DNA of 57,599 nt, the filler included, from Platydemus manokwari (Eukaryota), in assembly GCA_037951405.1 (NCBI GenBank). It is 5 parts of 5 records of this genome, joined end to end, with 100 filler letters (N's around TTAATTAATTAA, not from the genome) between each part and the next. Parts side by side here need not be neighbours in the genome. Positions count along the whole stretch, not along the records: positions 48,680 to 57,599 come from JBBMOY011329761.1; 4 more parts are not named here. One strand, written 5' to 3'. The stretch's first letter is position 1, and every line of letters starts with the position of its first letter. Positions 52,601 to 57,599 of this stretch are shown here, one piece after another. The position numbers and the translations under genes are program-made. The notes under the pieces were generated by a model that saw only the letters and a list, made by a program, of their open reading frames with translations, made no database searches and had not been told where the DNA came from.

Positions 52601-54067
52601 TTAAGAAATATCAATATTCTACGTGTATTACTTGAATAGAATTTCGAATAATGACTGATTAGACGTGAATAGTGTCAAAATTAACGATCAATAAAGAGAC
52701 TGGTGTAAAGAATAATATAAACAATATATACGAAAGTGACATATATGTATATTCTTTAACGTAAATAATCGAAAGTTATCATTGATTAGTGAAAATTCAA
52801 TTATATAACTTATCATTTAAAATACTGATATTTACTTTCTCAATAATTGTTGGTGATTCCAAATTGAAAATTCAATAATTGTTGAATCAACGATTTGAAA
52901 CGCAAAAAAGTTTATAAATAAGAAAAAATGTTTCGTGAGATGGTTTAAGTTAGATAAATCTTAGGTTTGTTTATATATTCGGGGGAAAAACCCACGCAAC
53001 TTTTGAAACAATACATTTTTATGCAAAGGACCGATGTTTTTAGTGTTTACAACCCCTTAATATGCGCATTTTAAACCATATATAATATCTAAACGCGGGT
53101 AAGAATTGAAGGCGATATTTATCCAAAGAAACAAACCTGTCTTGTGTTTCACTTTAAATATTCGAACAGTTAATATTTTCTGTTTTGCATAAATCTTTGT
53201 TTAAAACATGAAAACATTTGATTTTATGTCTTTAAATAATTGGCCTGTAATCACTGCTTGTCTGTTGAAATTTTTTTTGAGATTATCCAAAATTATTTGT
53301 GCGTATTTTTACATTGTGTCGTCAATGGTTATTGTCACTTCAAGGTTATTGTTAACTCCCATCTTTTTTAATTGAAACTTTATTTTATGTGAAAATCTCA
53401 ATACTTAAATTTTCTCTTTCTTCGTTTAGTTTTTTTAATTTTCTATTGGTTTTTCCATTGTAATAATTTATATTAATCAATTTTTATTTATTTATTTACC
53501 TTTATTATTAACTTTATTTATTATATCTATTAACTATTATTTATAATATCTATATTATTCATACATTTATAATCTATTATTCATTATTATTTGTTTATTA
53601 ATCTTTGTATAACCTAATCAAATTTAATATTATTATTTAGTACATTTAATATAATTTAATATACTACAAAATTTTAAAAAGAAATATTTATTACTAGATA
53701 AGTTTGATAAAGAAAACCCATAACTTATATATACATTGAAATATTTTGAATGCATACAAAACCTTGGGTATATTGTGAATTTCCAATTATGTATGTTGGG
53801 GTTCTGGCCCAATAATCAATCTACAATAATTAATTTACATTGAAACATGTGTATTTTACTTTTTATATGTACGTTTATTTTGCTTATTTTGGGGTTTAAC
53901 AAATGTTATCGCTTGTCATGTGTGAATTTAATTTAATTTTTTTAATTATTTTATATTAATTTTCGCCTTTTTCATTTTAATGCCTCGTTACTATATTTAG
54001 TAGATTTTTAAATCTGATACAATTTTTTTGTTCACATCACTTATTTGCTATTCTATTGTTGTTTCTC

Positions 54068-54130
<63 letters not shown>
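54068..54130. repeat. Perfect (ATT)n microsatellite (~21 units)
   Basis: Visible directly. Confidence 0.95.
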
Positions 54131-57100
54131 GTATTTTACCATAGGATCTTGCTTTGAAAAAAACTGTATGAACGGATTTCGATAATCACAAACATACTAA
54201 AATATATTTCATTCTAAATTAAATTTATAATTTTGACTTATAAGATGCTTCATTAAATCAAAGCTCATTGTCAAAAGTCATTTAAATATTCGTTATAATA
54301 AAATCAATAATTGGTCATTATGAAACCATCTATTTAATTGGATAAATAGGGAAAATCATTATTTCCACGATAACATGGATGACTGATGCAGTTTGGTAGA
54401 TCATGGTATGTAAGGGAGTTCTTATCGCTCAGAATAATCGATTGAGTGTTGCACATTTATCAGGATAGACTTCATCCGGGACTACTACTACTACTATATT
54501 ATTATATTATATAGTCGAAACTTAAATGATTTAGGTATAATAAATTTGTGCTGAAGCCAGATTTATTCTGATCCCGCTCATCAGTTTTGGTTTTTAAAAT
54601 ATAAATTATTACTAGCGGTTATCTCTATCACAATGGCAGTTGATAGTAAAATTTTATCTTCTATTCATTCTGCATTTATCGGAAGATATAATGTAACTAT
54701 TAATTGGAATTCAAACTTCCATTCTCCTATGAAGGAATCATAAACTAATAAAATAATAAAACATAATTGCTGGGGAAGATCGTTATTTCTAGTGTCTTAT
54801 TGAATTTCTGTAATAATCAAGATCTACTGAAACTGTAATTGATTTTGAAATTCATCGATGGTTTGAATTTCTTCTGTTAAGCCATGAAAATTTTTATTTT
54901 CAATTTTTTTAAATATTTAATTTTATTAAAGATGATTTCTTAAGTTTTGGAAAAATATACTACTATGTTCAGTGTTGGTATTTAACTGATATTGATAAAT
55001 TAAAAACTCAACTACATGAAATTGCAAATGATATATAAAGCTGACAATCCTTAATTTTAAAAATGGAAAATCTTTTCAATTGTGTGGACGTATAATCCAA
55101 AAGAAACAGATTTGTTTATTTGATTTATTTAAGCGAATTAAAAAGTCCATAGACAGGATTACTGTTTTTCTTTGTAACAAATTCAGACATCAGTAATTAA
55201 ATAAAATAATTTGTAATAAAGAAAAAACTTTGAAAATCCTTTCAAGAATTTAAATTTATCGGCATTCTTTTACTACAAATCTAATGATAATGCTTTGATT
55301 ACGAGCATGTGCTGAACATAAGGTCATTAAATTGGTGTTACATTTAAATTTTCTACTTAGCATGCCACATGACAAATGTTCTCCAGAATATCGACGTTTG
55401 ACTTATCAGATCATTTAAAGCTTCTAATTGGATATAGCAAGTAAATTTTTAGTCCGACCATTTTGATAATAAATAATGCAATGTATTAAAATGAATTTTT
55501 AAAGAATTTCTTTAATGATTGTGGGTTATTTTATAAAAAATAGTCTGAAATAATATGACAATGAAAAACATGGAGAATGTTTGTGAATTTGGAATAATTT
55601 ATTGATATGTTTAATATTGATTGGAACTAGCGATGAATGTTACATTGTACTGGTTTTTTGGTGTAATAAATAAAATGACAAATGACTTTCAAGTGATAAA
55701 ATCAATTTTAGACGGTTCGAAGATATTCTTATAGTTAAGATTCTTTTCAGGTGAGTTACATTTTTAAAAAACACCAAAAGAATCTTTGTAGTAGCAGAAT
55801 AATGTTTTCCCAAAATAAAAGTTACAATGACTTGGCTGTCAATTATTTAGAAAACCATTTCAAGAAGTTTAAGGAATAAAGAAACGAACAAAAACTTTTG
55901 AATACTTGATCCAATTCTAAAAATAAATAAAACATTTTCTAATATTTAATTTAATATTGGTTTTAATAATTATCTGTTCAAAACCTCAGCCCATTCAGTC
56001 GATTACAAATTTCAAATAAGAGCCACATTTTTTCTCGATAAGAATACGAAAATACTTAGTTGCAATATTTTCTATGTTTTATCAATTGTATTTTGAGGAG
56101 AAAACATATTCTTTTAAAGATTTTATATTTTATTTCAATAAATTGCCACCATTGGAGGATTTCTCAATGGAAATTATAAAGTATGATATTATCAAGATGA
56201 TCAAGATGAGTAAATATTAAAATGAAAACATATTCGAAAATTTAAGAAACTATTTAATGCGAGATTAGAAATCCAGTAATTCTTCTTATGGTTTTGTAAT
56301 GCCAAACAAAAACACATGAAATTCAGTTTTATTATTACAAAATAGATAGCCGATATTAAATATTATCTTTAAGACTAGCATCACAATTCCATTGTATCAA
56401 TTGCTAATAATATTATTTGATTTTATAATATTTTCTGAGATTAAACAAGTTGTATTATTTGGTTAATGCAGTCGCTACGTGAAACACAGTTCTTACAAAC
56501 TTATTTTGATCATAAAAATGTCAATTGAAGAGAGATATTAAGATCTATTAATAATTAAAATTGTTGACAATTGAATTTATTGATGCGTTTAAAAATCAAT
56601 ATTGTTTTGTGCCCAGTTAAAAAATATTGATTTTGAATTTTATTGCTTGTTAGTTTCAATGAGAAATATAATGGTTATGGTAATAGATTCTTAATCATTT
56701 TATTATATTTGACCGAATTTTCATGTGCCAGTTTCCATTCGTTCGATTGTTTAGAATTAACATTAAAAGGAATGGCTAACCTATAGGTTACATGATATAT
56801 TATTTCGTAATTATAATAATATCATTATATTCACGAAATAAATATTGATGTTAACTGAGTTCAATTAAATCCCTTTTCAACAGTAACACGACACGTTATT
56901 GATATTATTAAATGAAAAAAATTGATGAGATTCAATACGATTTTCAGATCAAATCCATACAATGTATTTTATTTGGTTTCGTTGACAGTTGAGTTGATGG
57001 TATATTTTGACATTTAAAATTCAATCCTACAATTGCAGAGATGAAATGATAAATGATGACAAGTTTTGACAATTCGTTTTTTATTAAAAAATAAATATTG

Positions 57101-57599
57101 AATACGGATAAGACATATTGGTCCCGCTAGTTGGGTTGCCATTACTTTTATTAATATTAGTTAGGTCGGTGGATTTTATATGTTTGTTTAAAATAATTAA
57201 ATTAAGCATATTCTCAATTCGTATTCCATTTATAAATAGTAGTAAATAGGTGAATCAGACAGTGCGTCTTGTAATTAACGATTAGAATTGAGTCATTGAT
57301 TTTCCACTACCTGATAATTTCTTTACAATTTTCATGTAATTTTTGTGAATTATTTTTTCTTGTTCATTGCTACATACCTATAATATGGAAAATCATTTTT
57401 ATCGTTATTTTCTTTCCAATCTTAGAATCAATAATGTATTTCATTGAAGACTTATTCAGTGTGTATCTAGAATTTTTTATTATACATATGAACATTTTAT
57501 TTTACATATATTCCATTGATCCATCTTTAATAGGTTATTTGAAATGTGTTGACAGTTTGAAATCAATCGGATAATTGTATTGATATTCTATCTTTTATT

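Noticed and set aside
48836-57599. Search for remaining ankyrin/RING exons or other genes in the right-hand 9 kb
   Set aside because: No CxxC...CxHxxC...CPxC or ankyrin-motif exon found; the region looks like AT-rich non-coding sequence and unclassified repeat debris.

Overview
Very AT-rich eukaryotic scaffold with short GT-AG introns (often 45-65 nt) and (ATT)n microsatellites. It has four 100-bp assembly gaps carrying an artificial TTAATTAATTAA linker. Gene content and style suggest a flatworm (planarian-like), but this is inference. Host genes read from the sequence: (i) a minus-strand Ly6/uPAR (three-finger, CD59-like) exon array at 0.2-1.9 kb, with one signal-peptide exon and three phase-1 LU exons, two of them disrupted; (ii) three two-exon PLAC8/cornifelin-family genes at 29.0-31.8 kb; (iii) a Mind bomb-derived gene at 41.5-45.3 kb that keeps one Mib-REP (SH3-like) repeat, the ankyrin array and a coiled-coil-like exon, but shows no MZM/ZZ region and no RING, followed by a duplicated ankyrin module at 47.95-48.58 kb. 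The rest is mostly transposon debris: a probable NeSL-type non-LTR fragment with tandem Ulp1 protease domains (one intact triad, one pseudo-enzyme), Ty3/Gypsy remnants, a short-LTR family with a tRNA-Arg-type PBS and TSD-flanked solo LTRs, LINE RT relics, a pogo transposase tail, an 85-bp hAT MITE and foldback elements. No rRNA, tRNA or CRISPR was seen. All models were hand-derived without alignment tools.
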